From positions 1 to 64,000 of IMG/VR virus record IMGVR_UViG_3300036859_000816: 64,000 bases of DNA. One strand, written 5' to 3'. This stretch comes from a virus. This document shows positions 37,962-47,716 of the stretch, piece after piece. A model generated the notes under the pieces. That model was not told where the DNA came from, made no database searches, and saw only the letters and a program-made list of their open reading frames with translations. The position numbers and the translations under genes are program-made. The first letter of the stretch is position 1. Each line of letters opens with the position of its first letter.

Positions 37962-38845
37962 TGGCATACATTTCGACACTCATTCCGGTTACATTCGTGC
38001 GATCGATCCAAGGCTTGGGCGTAACGCAGAGCGAATACAATGCGTGCCTGGCGGCGCAAGCTGCGTACCAAAGGGATCTTTCTGCTTGGAACACTGAGCA
38101 AGCGGCATACACCGCTGCCGTTTTGCAACGGCAGATAACCATTGCGGCGCAGACGGCGACATACAACGCAGCCTACGCGGCGTATGTGAGCGCGCACGAC
38201 CGATGGGTGAAAGCGAAGGCCACGTGGAACAGTTACTTGTCACAGCTCGCGAGTATTGCGGCCGGCTACGCAATGACGACCGCTCAGGTGACGGCAAAGT
38301 ACGGACAGATACTAAGCGGAACGCCGACATGCGTGCCGAAAGACTGGCACACCAAGCTCGCCAACGAATGTTACAACTACAGCAACCCGGTCAAGGGACT
38401 CGGCGCCTTTGATTGGCGCCAATACGAAACGCGCGAGCTCGCCTGCTTTGGTGCCGCACTGCCGACTTGTGTCGATCCGCCGCTGGCTCCGCCGCAACCG
38501 GGACCAGAGCCGATGCCGCCAGTCAAAGCGACGCCGCCTCCAGATGTGCTGCCGTTGCGACCCAAACCGACTGCGCCCTCCTCTTGCATTGCGCCTACGC
38601 CTGTAGCAGTGCCGGCGCCAGTAGTAGCAGTGCCGGCGCCAGTAGCAGTACCAGTCGTAATACCCAAGGCTCAGCCTGATGAAGGAATTAGGGTTGTCGC
38701 GCCAGCCGCGGAAGAAGCCGCTATGGCGCCAGCGGTTCCTATCGAAGCAAAAGCCGGCGGCGGTCTGCTCGTCGCGGGACTGCTGGTGCTCGCTGTAGGC
38801 GGTGGAATCTACCTCATGAGCCGCCGTCGTCCCGCAACAACGTGA
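37961..38845 (+). CDS. Tail-anchored putative virion protein
   Basis: Two GLG motifs, Pro-rich linker, C-terminal TM plus RRR; TAATG-coupled to the protease gene. Confidence 0.75.
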   Translation: MAYISTLIPVTFVRSIQGLGVTQSEYNACLAAQAAYQRDLSAWNTEQAAYTAAVLQRQITIAAQTATYNAAYAAYVSAHDRWVKAKATWNSYLSQLASIAAGYAMTTAQVTAKYGQILSGTPTCVPKDWHTKLANECYNYSNPVKGLGAFDWRQYETRELACFGAALPTCVDPPLAPPQPGPEPMPPVKATPPPDVLPLRPKPTAPSSCIAPTPVAVPAPVVAVPAPVAVPVVIPKAQPDEGIRVVAPAAEEAAMAPAVPIEAKAGGGLLVAGLLVLAVGGGIYLMSRRRPATT

Positions 38846-38893
38846 TTTTTTGCGCCTCAGAGCATCGGCGCCGTATGATCGAGGCGAAAGAAC

Positions 38894-39568
38894 ATGGGTC
38901 CGACCTACCCGAACTACCCGAGTCAGCCGTACCGCGGAGGACAGCTCCCGACGATGGAACAAGTCGGGCCGCCCGACACTCGCTACAGTTCCGGTACAGC
39001 ACCCTTCTATGAAAGCGGGATCGTTGGCATGTACGGACGGAACCTTGCGGGCACTGATGAGGGCGTTCAGGACGAAAAAGCGGAACCGGCCTGGGCATCC
39101 AATGAGCTCGAAATGTACGCGCGCCAGGACGACGTCCAGGGCAACGGCATTTTCGATCCGCCCGGCTCGCACCCTAACATTCATCCGGACGCGGGCGTGT
39201 TCTCCGTGAACTATTCGCTGCCGGGCTATCACGCGCGCGAGCGTCCGTTCTCGGAAACAGAGGTGCTGGACGTTACAACGGGTCGGCCGATTCGAGCCGT
39301 ACCGAGCGGAGCAGTGGCGATGGACAGCGCAGCGCAGATAGCATTTATCGAACGCGGATTGTATGCGCCGCCCTCGCCCATCGTCCGCGCGTCGTATCGC
39401 CAGCCCATGTACAGCGCATCGATCGCTAACGTCATGCAGAATGCCGTGCCCGTAGCCATGGGAGCGACGGAAACGGCGCAGAATCTTATTCCTGTGCTCA
39501 TCACCGCAGCATTGGCCGGTGGCGCGCTCGGCGCACTGATCGGTTGGATGACGCGAGGTAAGGCGTGA
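38894..39568 (+). CDS. Tail-anchored putative virion protein
   Basis: C-terminal TM LITAALAGGALGALIGW plus basic tail. Confidence 0.75.
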   Translation: MGPTYPNYPSQPYRGGQLPTMEQVGPPDTRYSSGTAPFYESGIVGMYGRNLAGTDEGVQDEKAEPAWASNELEMYARQDDVQGNGIFDPPGSHPNIHPDAGVFSVNYSLPGYHARERPFSETEVLDVTTGRPIRAVPSGAVAMDSAAQIAFIERGLYAPPSPIVRASYRQPMYSASIANVMQNAVPVAMGATETAQNLIPVLITAALAGGALGALIGWMTRGKA

Positions 39569-40011
39569 AGCTATCGGCTTACGAACTTGGCCCCGTAGTG
39601 GAGTGGCCGATGAGTGGAGTCCATCCCGAGCTCGTACAGGCTTCGCTCTTGCCCCTGCGTTCGACGCCGCCCGCGCGGCCGATGGACGGATGGAATGGTA
39701 TGTCCGCTTACGAGCTTTGGCCGGCGTACGGTTTCGGTGCGCGCCGTCTGCGCCGCGCTTGGCCGCTCTATGGTGTTGGCGCAGAAGAGCCACCGCCGGG
39801 TGCTCCAGCTGAGCCCGCGCGTGAGGCCGCTCCGATCGGCAAAGGATTGTTCATCGGTGCGGCGTACGGCATTGCTATCGGCATGGTCGCAAGTGAGTTT
39901 GTGATGCGTAAGCCCGATGCCACGCAACAGCTCAAGCAAAACCATCAACTCGTGATGTTTGGCGCGCTGTTCGGTGCGGCCGTCGGCGCCTTTGGAGCGG
40001 TGCAAGCGTGA
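39565..40011 (+). CDS. Membrane protein
   Basis: SAYEL repeated twice, YGFG and YGVG motifs, two TM helices. Confidence 0.7.
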   Translation: MKLSAYELGPVVEWPMSGVHPELVQASLLPLRSTPPARPMDGWNGMSAYELWPAYGFGARRLRRAWPLYGVGAEEPPPGAPAEPAREAAPIGKGLFIGAAYGIAIGMVASEFVMRKPDATQQLKQNHQLVMFGALFGAAVGAFGAVQA

Positions 40012-40394
40012 AAGACCCGAACCTGCAACGCATCTTCGGTCTTGGCGATAATCCCGATGGATTGGGCCAGAACTACGCGACGAGGGAAACCAGTGGACCG
40101 GGTTCCGGACTCGAGCACGTGCCGCTATATTCGCGTGGAGCGCCGACGCTGATCAATCACGGCGCTGCCAAGGTACTTGGTCAAGACGATACCACCGAAG
40201 GATTGGTTGCGGGACTGACCGGCTTAGTCGTGCGCGCAGGAGGCGGAGCCATCGTTGGAATGGCTCTCGCTCCGAGTAAGGACAAGTGGACGGTTTATGG
40301 AATCACTGGCGCGGTTCTAGGCGCGGTGTTCGGCACGCTCGGTATGATGGGTCAAGCGACATACGTTTTGTTGACGCGAGAAGGTCGACAATGA
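40008..40394 (+). CDS. Glycine-zipper membrane protein
   Basis: Two GLG motifs; TM region similar to 36791-37048. Confidence 0.7.
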   Translation: MKDPNLQRIFGLGDNPDGLGQNYATRETSGPGSGLEHVPLYSRGAPTLINHGAAKVLGQDDTTEGLVAGLTGLVVRAGGGAIVGMALAPSKDKWTVYGITGAVLGAVFGTLGMMGQATYVLLTREGRQ

Positions 40395-41416
40395 CGATGA
40401 ACCTACGCCGCAATTTGATGGGACCGTATCAGCGCGGTGTGCCCAGTCAATACGTCGTCCACTATCATCCGTGGCCAACGCGCTTCCATGGTCCGCTGTA
40501 TCAGCGTCCCGTTTTCAATTTCCCATGGATGAGCTCGCCGCAGAACGTCTTCAAGCCTGGTGATTTCTATCCCGGAGAACTCACCGAGGAGCAAATGTCA
40601 GTGCAAGGACTCGGAGCAGACAGTCGTTATCAAACTGGCCAAGAGGCGATGGCTTACAACGTAGGTCGCGGCATCTTCAAGCCGGGCGGTTACGGCGGCG
40701 GCATCTTTGATGGTAATCTATCCGGCGACAAAGTCGCTCGACCGCTCGGCACGCCGCAGCGTCGTCGACGGCGTCGTCGCGGCATGAGTGGCTTGGGTGC
40801 TGCAACGGGACCAGTGCCGTCGACATGCTGGGACAGCCAAGCGTTCAAAGATTGCCAAGCGCGCGTCTTTGCAAAAGCGCAAGGTGACTGTCCCAAGACG
40901 GGTTACCCGAATGCGGCATATCCGAGCTACGACGATTGCGTAAAGGATCTGGCTGCAACGTATGTAGGTCCATCAGCAGAATCGCTCACCTGCGTTTCGC
41001 AGTATTGCGGTGGTGCCGCAGCAAAAACTGCAACGGGCGCATATCCGTGGGGCACATACAGCGCGGAGACGTTACGAATTCAAAAGGAAACGAACACTGC
41101 GCTTGCGCTCAAGGGTTTCTGTCCCATTGTAGCTGACGGTAAACTTGGACCCGCCACATGCGGCGCACGCAAAGCGCTGAGCGACCTTGGTCTGAGTTTT
41201 CCTGTTCCTTCAACCTGCCAAAAATTCACGGCACCGACTAAACCGCCATGTCCAGGTGGAGCGCCGGGACCAGTATTCGAGCCGGGGAAAGGCATCACTA
41301 CGGCATCGATGCTGCCCGGTGCCGGTCCTGACTGGACGATGATCGCGGCATTCGGTGTCGGTGCCGTCGCAGTGCTCGGCATCGGATACTTTCTACTGAC
41401 TCGAAAGGAGCAATAA
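40391..41416 (+). CDS. Tail-anchored protein with peptidoglycan-binding-like domain
   Basis: RIQKETNTAL...ADGKLGPATCGA; two GLG motifs; poly-Arg run; C-terminal TM. Confidence 0.75.
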   Translation: MTMNLRRNLMGPYQRGVPSQYVVHYHPWPTRFHGPLYQRPVFNFPWMSSPQNVFKPGDFYPGELTEEQMSVQGLGADSRYQTGQEAMAYNVGRGIFKPGGYGGGIFDGNLSGDKVARPLGTPQRRRRRRRGMSGLGAATGPVPSTCWDSQAFKDCQARVFAKAQGDCPKTGYPNAAYPSYDDCVKDLAATYVGPSAESLTCVSQYCGGAAAKTATGAYPWGTYSAETLRIQKETNTALALKGFCPIVADGKLGPATCGARKALSDLGLSFPVPSTCQKFTAPTKPPCPGGAPGPVFEPGKGITTASMLPGAGPDWTMIAAFGVGAVAVLGIGYFLLTRKEQ

Positions 41417-41417
41417 G

Positions 41418-42602
41418 ATGCCCAAAGGAGGCGGCGGCGGTGGTGGCCGTGGTGGAGGGGGAGGCGCGCGTGGAGGCGGTGGCATGCGCATGGGAGGCGG
41501 TTTTCGAGGCGGCCGCGGTGGCATGCGCATGGGCGGCGGCGGCTTTCGTCACCGTTTTCCACGACGGTTTTTCGGTGGCGGCGGAGCCTTCTTTGCGCCC
41601 GGCGGCGGTTGGTGGGGCGACGGTTATCCTTGGTACTGGAACGACTGGGATTACCCGCTCTATCTAATTGAAGACGAAGAAGAACGCGAAGAAGCGCGCA
41701 AGTGGCGTGAATTTCTCGCGATGCAAGCGGCACAGCAAGCGGCTACCCAAGCCGCTCAACTAGCCGTGCAACAAGTCGTCAAGGCGAAGTCGACGAAAGG
41801 TCTGGGTCTAGGTCTCGGCATCTTTCGGCCGAACGATAAGACAGCGCGTCCACTCGGACAGATGATGCCACATTCATGGAATGCACTCGGCGTCATCTTT
41901 GGAAACACGACGGCAGATCCCAAGGTTACGGAAACGCAGAAGTGGCTGAACGGTTACCTGAGCAAGCTTGGCTTCACGACGCTGACGGTCGATGGCAAAC
42001 TCGGAGCTAAGACGTGCGGCGCATGCGCCTGGTCGTTCGGTAATACACCCGACGTCGACATTTCGACCGCGCCACAGGCGTTCTTCGAAGTGTGGAACGT
42101 TTGCGCAAGCTCGTCGCAAACGGCACCGACTCCGCTTACGCAAGCTGCCAAAACTAGCGCGTACACGACCGGCGTCACCGCTATGCAAGCGAAGGTCGTG
42201 GACCCGAAATTGGTCGCGGACACTCAGACTGCATTGAATGTCGGCTTACTTGCGAACGGCATGTGCGCTCTCAGCGTGGATGGCAAAGCAGGGCCGGCTA
42301 CATGCGGAGCACAAGTTTGGTTGATAGCGCATGCCGGTGGTGATGGGCTCACACAAGCGCAACGTGATGCCATTTATCCCGTGTGCTCGGCTGGGTCTAA
42401 AGTAGCGCCCTCGGCGTGTCCGCCCGTGACGGCGGTTGCGCCCGTGGACATTACTAAGAAAGAACCGTCACCCGAAGCGGCGCTCGTTGCCCCAGCGAAA
42501 CCGGCATTTACCGGCGCGACCATGCTTGCCGGTCTAGGCATTGCTGCAGCGCTCGGTGCGCTCTGGTACGTTTACAGTCAGAAGAAGGCTGCCGGCGCAT
42601 GA
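41418..42602 (+). CDS. RGG-rich N-terminus, two peptidoglycan-binding-like domains, C-terminal TM
   Basis: VDGKLGAKTCGA and VDGKAGPATCGA; GLGLGLG linker. Confidence 0.78.
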   Translation: MPKGGGGGGGRGGGGGARGGGGMRMGGGFRGGRGGMRMGGGGFRHRFPRRFFGGGGAFFAPGGGWWGDGYPWYWNDWDYPLYLIEDEEEREEARKWREFLAMQAAQQAATQAAQLAVQQVVKAKSTKGLGLGLGIFRPNDKTARPLGQMMPHSWNALGVIFGNTTADPKVTETQKWLNGYLSKLGFTTLTVDGKLGAKTCGACAWSFGNTPDVDISTAPQAFFEVWNVCASSSQTAPTPLTQAAKTSAYTTGVTAMQAKVVDPKLVADTQTALNVGLLANGMCALSVDGKAGPATCGAQVWLIAHAGGDGLTQAQRDAIYPVCSAGSKVAPSACPPVTAVAPVDITKKEPSPEAALVAPAKPAFTGATMLAGLGIAAALGALWYVYSQKKAAGA

Positions 42603-43147
42603 GACGAGCTTACATTTCCATCGAGGATTTTCGTGCTCCGTTCGATCCCATTCCGTTTCAAGGATTGGGTCAGGACCCGTACGGCGATCCGCGTTGGCAT
42701 GTTCCGGCGCCGCCGCGTCGTTGGCCACGCGGCCGTAGCTATTGGGAGACCGCTCTCTTTCGTGCGCCGTATCGCAAGGGCTACTATCAGGACAACAGCC
42801 TGTTCGGTTTAGGCGCAACTGCGGCGACCGTCAGCGTCCAGGAAGTCCAGAAGGCGGTCGGTGCAGCTCAAACGGGGCAATGGGACGCCGCGACCGTGTC
42901 CGCAGTGCGCAAAAAGCAGAAGCAACTCGGATTGCCCGAAACCGGCGCTCCCGATTTCCCGCTGCTCGCTGCACTCGGCCTGGCTCAAGCTGAAGCGCCG
43001 ACGGTTACACCGGCGGACAGCTTTTTTCGCGACGCTCGTACAGCTCTGAACCAAGTGCCGCAGTGGGCGTACTTGGTGGGCGGCGGATTGCTCATGTTTT
43101 TGGCTTGGAACGGTTACCAGAGCTGGCGGCGGCAACCGGGTACGTAA
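42599..43147 (+). CDS. Peptidoglycan-binding domain membrane protein
   Basis: VQKAVGAAQTGQWDAATVSAVRKKQKQLGLPETG; two GLG motifs; C-terminal TM. Confidence 0.78.
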   Translation: MRRAYISIEDFRAPFDPIPFQGLGQDPYGDPRWHVPAPPRRWPRGRSYWETALFRAPYRKGYYQDNSLFGLGATAATVSVQEVQKAVGAAQTGQWDAATVSAVRKKQKQLGLPETGAPDFPLLAALGLAQAEAPTVTPADSFFRDARTALNQVPQWAYLVGGGLLMFLAWNGYQSWRRQPGT

Positions 43148-43150
43148 GCG

Positions 43151-44086
43151 ATGACGATCGAGGAAACGTTCAACGATCTGACGGCGCGTGCCGAAACGAT
43201 TACCAAGGGCATTCCTTGGGCTCGGCTCGAAGCGGAAGGTAAAGTCGGAAACTACGTTGTAGACTACATTGCGCCCGCGTTCTCAGCAGCCACCGATGTC
43301 ATGAATACGCTGTACTACGATATCGTTCTGTACAACAAAGCGCAGACGGAAAGCGCGGTCAAACAAATTGCTGAGAACATGTACGACGGTATCAAGAATC
43401 AACTTTCCGACATGCTCCACGGCAATATTAGTGGATTTCTCAAAAATGGTGTTGCGTTGCAGGTGCGCAACTTGCGGGATCTAGTTTCCTTGGCATACGG
43501 CACAGCGTTCTTTGGAGCACGTCTGCACTCCAGTGCAACGGACTATGCGGCGATTGCGAGCTTGCCATACAATGATGTCAAGGCGCACGCGGACAAGGTT
43601 GTGCGAATTTTAGAGGGCATAAAAATCCTAGATGACCTCGGCGTGCTGACGTTCATGAAATGGGACAGCTCGTTCATGGAGGATCTGCGCATCGAACAAG
43701 GCTATCCGCCCAATACACCAAACCCACCAAACCCGATGAAGGGATTGGGAGCGGTGCCGGTTCTGGGAATTGTGATAGCGATCATTGCCGGCATTGTCAT
43801 TATCGCCGGCATTTGGATTTGGGCTCGATCCGCCAGTGAATACAATCGGCAGGCACTCGCGACTCTCGAAAAGCTATGCTCTGATCCAAGTCAATCCGAA
43901 AAGATCAAAACTCAGTGCGTCAAGGCGTTAAGCGAACCACAAGCGGGATTTGCGGCCGTGGTGCAGAAACTCGGTACGACCGCACTGACCTACGTATTCA
44001 TTGGTGCTCTGATTGTCGGGGCTATCTACTTGGCGCCTCGCATAGTGCGTTCATTCCGTGAAGCTCAAGCCGAAGCGAGGGCGTAG
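43151..44086 (+). CDS. Membrane protein with two C-terminal TM helices
   Basis: MKGLG immediately before TM1. Confidence 0.78.
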   Translation: MTIEETFNDLTARAETITKGIPWARLEAEGKVGNYVVDYIAPAFSAATDVMNTLYYDIVLYNKAQTESAVKQIAENMYDGIKNQLSDMLHGNISGFLKNGVALQVRNLRDLVSLAYGTAFFGARLHSSATDYAAIASLPYNDVKAHADKVVRILEGIKILDDLGVLTFMKWDSSFMEDLRIEQGYPPNTPNPPNPMKGLGAVPVLGIVIAIIAGIVIIAGIWIWARSASEYNRQALATLEKLCSDPSQSEKIKTQCVKALSEPQAGFAAVVQKLGTTALTYVFIGALIVGAIYLAPRIVRSFREAQAEARA

Positions 44087-44088
44087 CC

Positions 44089-44415
44089 GTGATCTATTCG
44101 CGTTGGCGTCCCGATGGCGGCTACGATTACTATCAGACTGCGGAAAGACGTGGACTTGGCGACGATCTACCGACGCCGCACATGACAAGCATTGGAGGCA
44201 TTGGTGTAGCGAGCACCGATGCGGGTCGCCGTATGCCGAGCAGCAGTCGCTATGTCGGTAGCGGTCCGGTTGCGCGCGGTAGCGTTGCTCCACTTGATCG
44301 ACGCGGACTGAGTCTGGGAGCAGTAAGTCCGACCGTCAGCAATCTCGGGTTTCTACTTGTCGCTGCATTGTTGGGGTGGTGGCTGCGCGGTCAGCTGAAC
44401 AAGGAGGCGCGTTGA
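44089..44415 (+). CDS. Small tail-anchored protein
   Basis: YDYYQ, GLGD, C-terminal TM. Confidence 0.7.
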   Translation: MIYSRWRPDGGYDYYQTAERRGLGDDLPTPHMTSIGGIGVASTDAGRRMPSSSRYVGSGPVARGSVAPLDRRGLSLGAVSPTVSNLGFLLVAALLGWWLRGQLNKEAR

Positions 44416-44993
44416 TGCGCCGTCGCATGTATCAGCCGAACGAACCCGCACGCGAGATCGCGCGCAACATTCGCGAGACGTTCGTCGATCGTCCCGTCGA
44501 ACATGAGATAGCGGTTCCGTGGCGCTGGCCGCGAGGGCTACGTGAAGTCGGCGCATGTCAATCGGTCATGTATGCGAGCGACAAATGGCAAAAACGTCGC
44601 GATAATATCGTCGATTACAAACACGTCGCTGAAGGTCCGCAGTGGGTGCTCGCCCGACCCGGATTTCTGGTGCACTACGATCGACCCGACCGCAAGCTGC
44701 CAGTGGTGGGTCCAATGGTCGAGCTCGGACCGATGCCCGACAGTTTTGCCGTACTGGCGGATATTCTTGGCGTACAGGTGCGATTGTATGAACCGACCGA
44801 AGATGGCGGTTACGCCATTCCATCGGACCCGAACGAAGGATTCTACGAAGTCACGATCGCGCGAGCCAAACTTGGCGCCGCCCGCTTTCCGGACACACAC
44901 GACGCGTTCTTGATCGTTTACACGTCAGCGGGCGTCGATCTACTCATCGTGGGCGAACAGCTCGATGTCCAAAAGGACGGGATTGTCGGGTGA
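44415..44993 (+). CDS. Hypothetical protein with MRRR leader
   Basis: AAGGAGG RBS, TGATG coupling; YASDKW...YKH. Confidence 0.75.
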   Translation: MRRRMYQPNEPAREIARNIRETFVDRPVEHEIAVPWRWPRGLREVGACQSVMYASDKWQKRRDNIVDYKHVAEGPQWVLARPGFLVHYDRPDRKLPVVGPMVELGPMPDSFAVLADILGVQVRLYEPTEDGGYAIPSDPNEGFYEVTIARAKLGAARFPDTHDAFLIVYTSAGVDLLIVGEQLDVQKDGIVG

Positions 44994-44996
44994 ACC

Positions 44997-46031
44997 ATGC
45001 GACGACGCTATCTGCGCCGCAATCCAGCCTTCGAAATGACACCTGCTCGCGGATTGCCGGAACAAACGCGACCAGACCTCTCCGGGCTCGTCTTTATGGG
45101 TCTCGTCATCAACCCGAAGACCAAGCGGCCGGTCTTGGCAACAACAGATGGAGACTACGTAGGTATCCGCAGCATTGAGCAAGCTAATGTTCTTGAACAA
45201 CTTGGTCGTGGCTACCATTCGAGCAGTTACGAAGCAGCAGAAAAAGCGACAGGATATCCGCGCGTGCATACGCCCGAAGGCGTAGGTAAGAAGGGTCAAG
45301 GCTACGGCACGACGCTCTACACGGCACTGTGTTTAGGAGCAGAGTTAGCATGGGAGGAAAAGATCGAGATTTCGATGACTGGCAGCGGTCGCGGCATTTC
45401 GTCGGATTCGGAAGATCGTTCGGCAGCAGCGAGCCGATGGTGGGAAGCTGCACATGATCGCGGTCTGACGGATCAAGAGGTCGTCGAAGGTGAATCAGAG
45501 AGGGAAGAATACGTTAAACTCGATGTGAGCCCGAGCGAGTTAGAGGGATGCTTGACCGGTGTCGAAGGAGAAATCACCTATGTCAACGAAGTCAATGTCG
45601 ACATTGAAAAGCCCGCCGAGGATCGTACATTCGATTACTATACGTACAAGAGCGCGACCGAGCATAAGTTGATACCGCTATCGTTTGCTCTGGAAATTCC
45701 GCGGATGCCAAGTGGCGCCGAACTCAGGTATGTGTGGAAGGAAATCTTCGATGATCCTGACCGGTTAATCAGTTACGACTGGACCGCATTACTAGCTCTC
45801 GACGTTCGCGACCTGGATATCGATATCGTTAACTTGTTGTCGCTCGCATATATTGCTGCGGGTGGACGCGACAAAGATGTCGATGACCTCTGGTATCGGT
45901 GGAAACATGGCCTCGATCCGGACGTCGTCTCGCCGCAGGAGCGACTGTTTCGAGCCAATGCGGCGGGACTCGTGAGCGTGGCGGACGCGCGCGATGAGGC
46001 TGGCTGGACAGCGCTATCCGGTCTTCCTTGA
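44997..46031 (+). CDS. Acidic protein with GNAT-like motif and MRRRYLRRNP leader
   Basis: KGQGYGTTLY resembles acetyl-CoA-binding motif A; SD..RSAAASRWW. Confidence 0.6.
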   Translation: MRRRYLRRNPAFEMTPARGLPEQTRPDLSGLVFMGLVINPKTKRPVLATTDGDYVGIRSIEQANVLEQLGRGYHSSSYEAAEKATGYPRVHTPEGVGKKGQGYGTTLYTALCLGAELAWEEKIEISMTGSGRGISSDSEDRSAAASRWWEAAHDRGLTDQEVVEGESEREEYVKLDVSPSELEGCLTGVEGEITYVNEVNVDIEKPAEDRTFDYYTYKSATEHKLIPLSFALEIPRMPSGAELRYVWKEIFDDPDRLISYDWTALLALDVRDLDIDIVNLLSLAYIAAGGRDKDVDDLWYRWKHGLDPDVVSPQERLFRANAAGLVSVADARDEAGWTALSGLP

Positions 46032-47716
46032 GGTTTTTTGCGTTACGTGGCTCAAGACCGGTAAGCTACGGAGACCCAGTGAGTTACGCCAGATACACAC
46101 CGCACTATCCAGCGCTTCCGTCCGGGCCGCACTATCGGGCATTACCGTCGGGGCTGGGCGATGCTCAGGCGGATTTCAGTACGTACCTGAGCGCCGATCA
46201 AGCGGCGAATACGCAATCTCAAGGCTCAACCGACAGCTTAGTTGCGTACGCCAAAGAGGCCCAAGCGATCAAATCGTACTACGACGACATCAAAAAGTAC
46301 GGACCGAAGCGATGGCCCCGCAACTTCAAGGACGGCGCGAAAATGGCCGCCGATGGTCTGTACCGGTATTCGAAGGATTACGCCAAGGGTTGGGCCAAAA
46401 AGGAGATGGACGAGCTCGCGTCGAGTTACGGCTTCCAAGGTTGCGTACCCGACCATCTTCCGCGCAGCACGAAGGAAGCCTTTCATACTGGCGCGGACAT
46501 TGCCGCAGCGGGCGCATGCTATTCGATGGGAATTGAGCCGAAGCTCGGCGTGACGACGGTAGACTCGCTGTGGGACGGCCGCATTTCAGCCGAGGAGTGC
46601 GAAGCTATTGGCGCCGTTGCGGGCGCCGCCGCGGCCGCCGCTGTCGGTCAAATGTTCGGAATTCCGGCACCGATTGGAGCATTCATTGGCGGCAAAGTGG
46701 GAGGACTCGTCGGTAAAGGCATCGCGAAACTGTTCGGCTTGAGCAGTGATGCGCGACGAAAGTGGCTTGCCGAACAGAGAAAAATAGTCAAGCAAATCCA
46801 AGCGCAGGCTGATCAGCAGTGTTACCAAATTCGTCAAGCTTATTGGCAGATGTTCGACAAGCTTTTGGTCGAGATCGAAGCGCAGTGGGAACACTGGGAG
46901 CTGACTGTCGGCGCGAAGTTTGACCTGCGTTGGTTCGATCCGACGCCCGGCTTCTATGCCTGGATTCAGCAACAGTCCGCGCAATACAAAAGCTTCGTTG
47001 ATGGACCGTACTGTCAGCTCACGTGCGACAGCACGGTCATCTATAAAGGCGACCCGTATCTTAAAACGCATACGCAGGCACAACTCGATGCACTGATCAA
47101 ATCCAAGTGTGCCGCGACCGCTCAGAGTTCCGGAGAATTGTGTGCATACGGATGTGCTGTCGAATTCGGTTGTCTCTATCCGCGTTTCGCTACATGGAAG
47201 AAATCGAACACGCCGACGGACAAGCGACTGTTCGGTAGCACGCAGCGAGTCATCGATGCATTTCTCGCTCACGGATTCGAATGGATGCCGCCACCAACCG
47301 GCGTAAAATTGGTTGGATCAATTGGCGGACAAGCGCCGATATACGCTTCAAAACAGGGCGAACGTATTCTGGTGTGTGATTTGCCGGCAGCAACGAAGAA
47401 GGACGTTGAGAAGACGAAGTACCGCGATATATGGATCAAGATGCTCGAAACATTGGTGAACCATGAGGTCACCAAAGCGAACAATCTGCATACGGTTCAG
47501 GTACGCATACTCAACGATCTCATCAAAACGGCTTCGATAGCGCAGGCACAAGTTGAAATTGCAAAAATTGTCGAGCGCCAGAAGAAGGAACAGGCAGCAC
47601 TAGTAACGCGCGTCGCACCGAAGCTCATCACCGATCCCGGAAGATTGCGTAATCAAGTCATCAACACTGGTGCGCTCGTAGGCGGCAGCGGACTCTTACT
47701 GTGGAGTCTACTGTGA
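46028..47716 (+). CDS. Large putative virion membrane / entry protein
   Basis: GLGD after N-terminal leader, central Gly/Ala hydrophobic hairpin, Cys-rich part, hydrophobic C-terminus. Confidence 0.75.
   Translation: MRFFALRGSRPVSYGDPVSYARYTPHYPALPSGPHYRALPSGLGDAQADFSTYLSADQAANTQSQGSTDSLVAYAKEAQAIKSYYDDIKKYGPKRWPRNFKDGAKMAADGLYRYSKDYAKGWAKKEMDELASSYGFQGCVPDHLPRSTKEAFHTGADIAAAGACYSMGIEPKLGVTTVDSLWDGRISAEECEAIGAVAGAAAAAAVGQMFGIPAPIGAFIGGKVGGLVGKGIAKLFGLSSDARRKWLAEQRKIVKQIQAQADQQCYQIRQAYWQMFDKLLVEIEAQWEHWELTVGAKFDLRWFDPTPGFYAWIQQQSAQYKSFVDGPYCQLTCDSTVIYKGDPYLKTHTQAQLDALIKSKCAATAQSSGELCAYGCAVEFGCLYPRFATWKKSNTPTDKRLFGSTQRVIDAFLAHGFEWMPPPTGVKLVGSIGGQAPIYASKQGERILVCDLPAATKKDVEKTKYRDIWIKMLETLVNHEVTKANNLHTVQVRILNDLIKTASIAQAQVEIAKIVERQKKEQAALVTRVAPKLITDPGRLRNQVINTGALVGGSGLLLWSLL

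Noticed and set aside
38312-39793. 493-aa minus-strand ORF
   Set aside because: Antisense to three coupled plus-strand genes; typical high-GC shadow ORF
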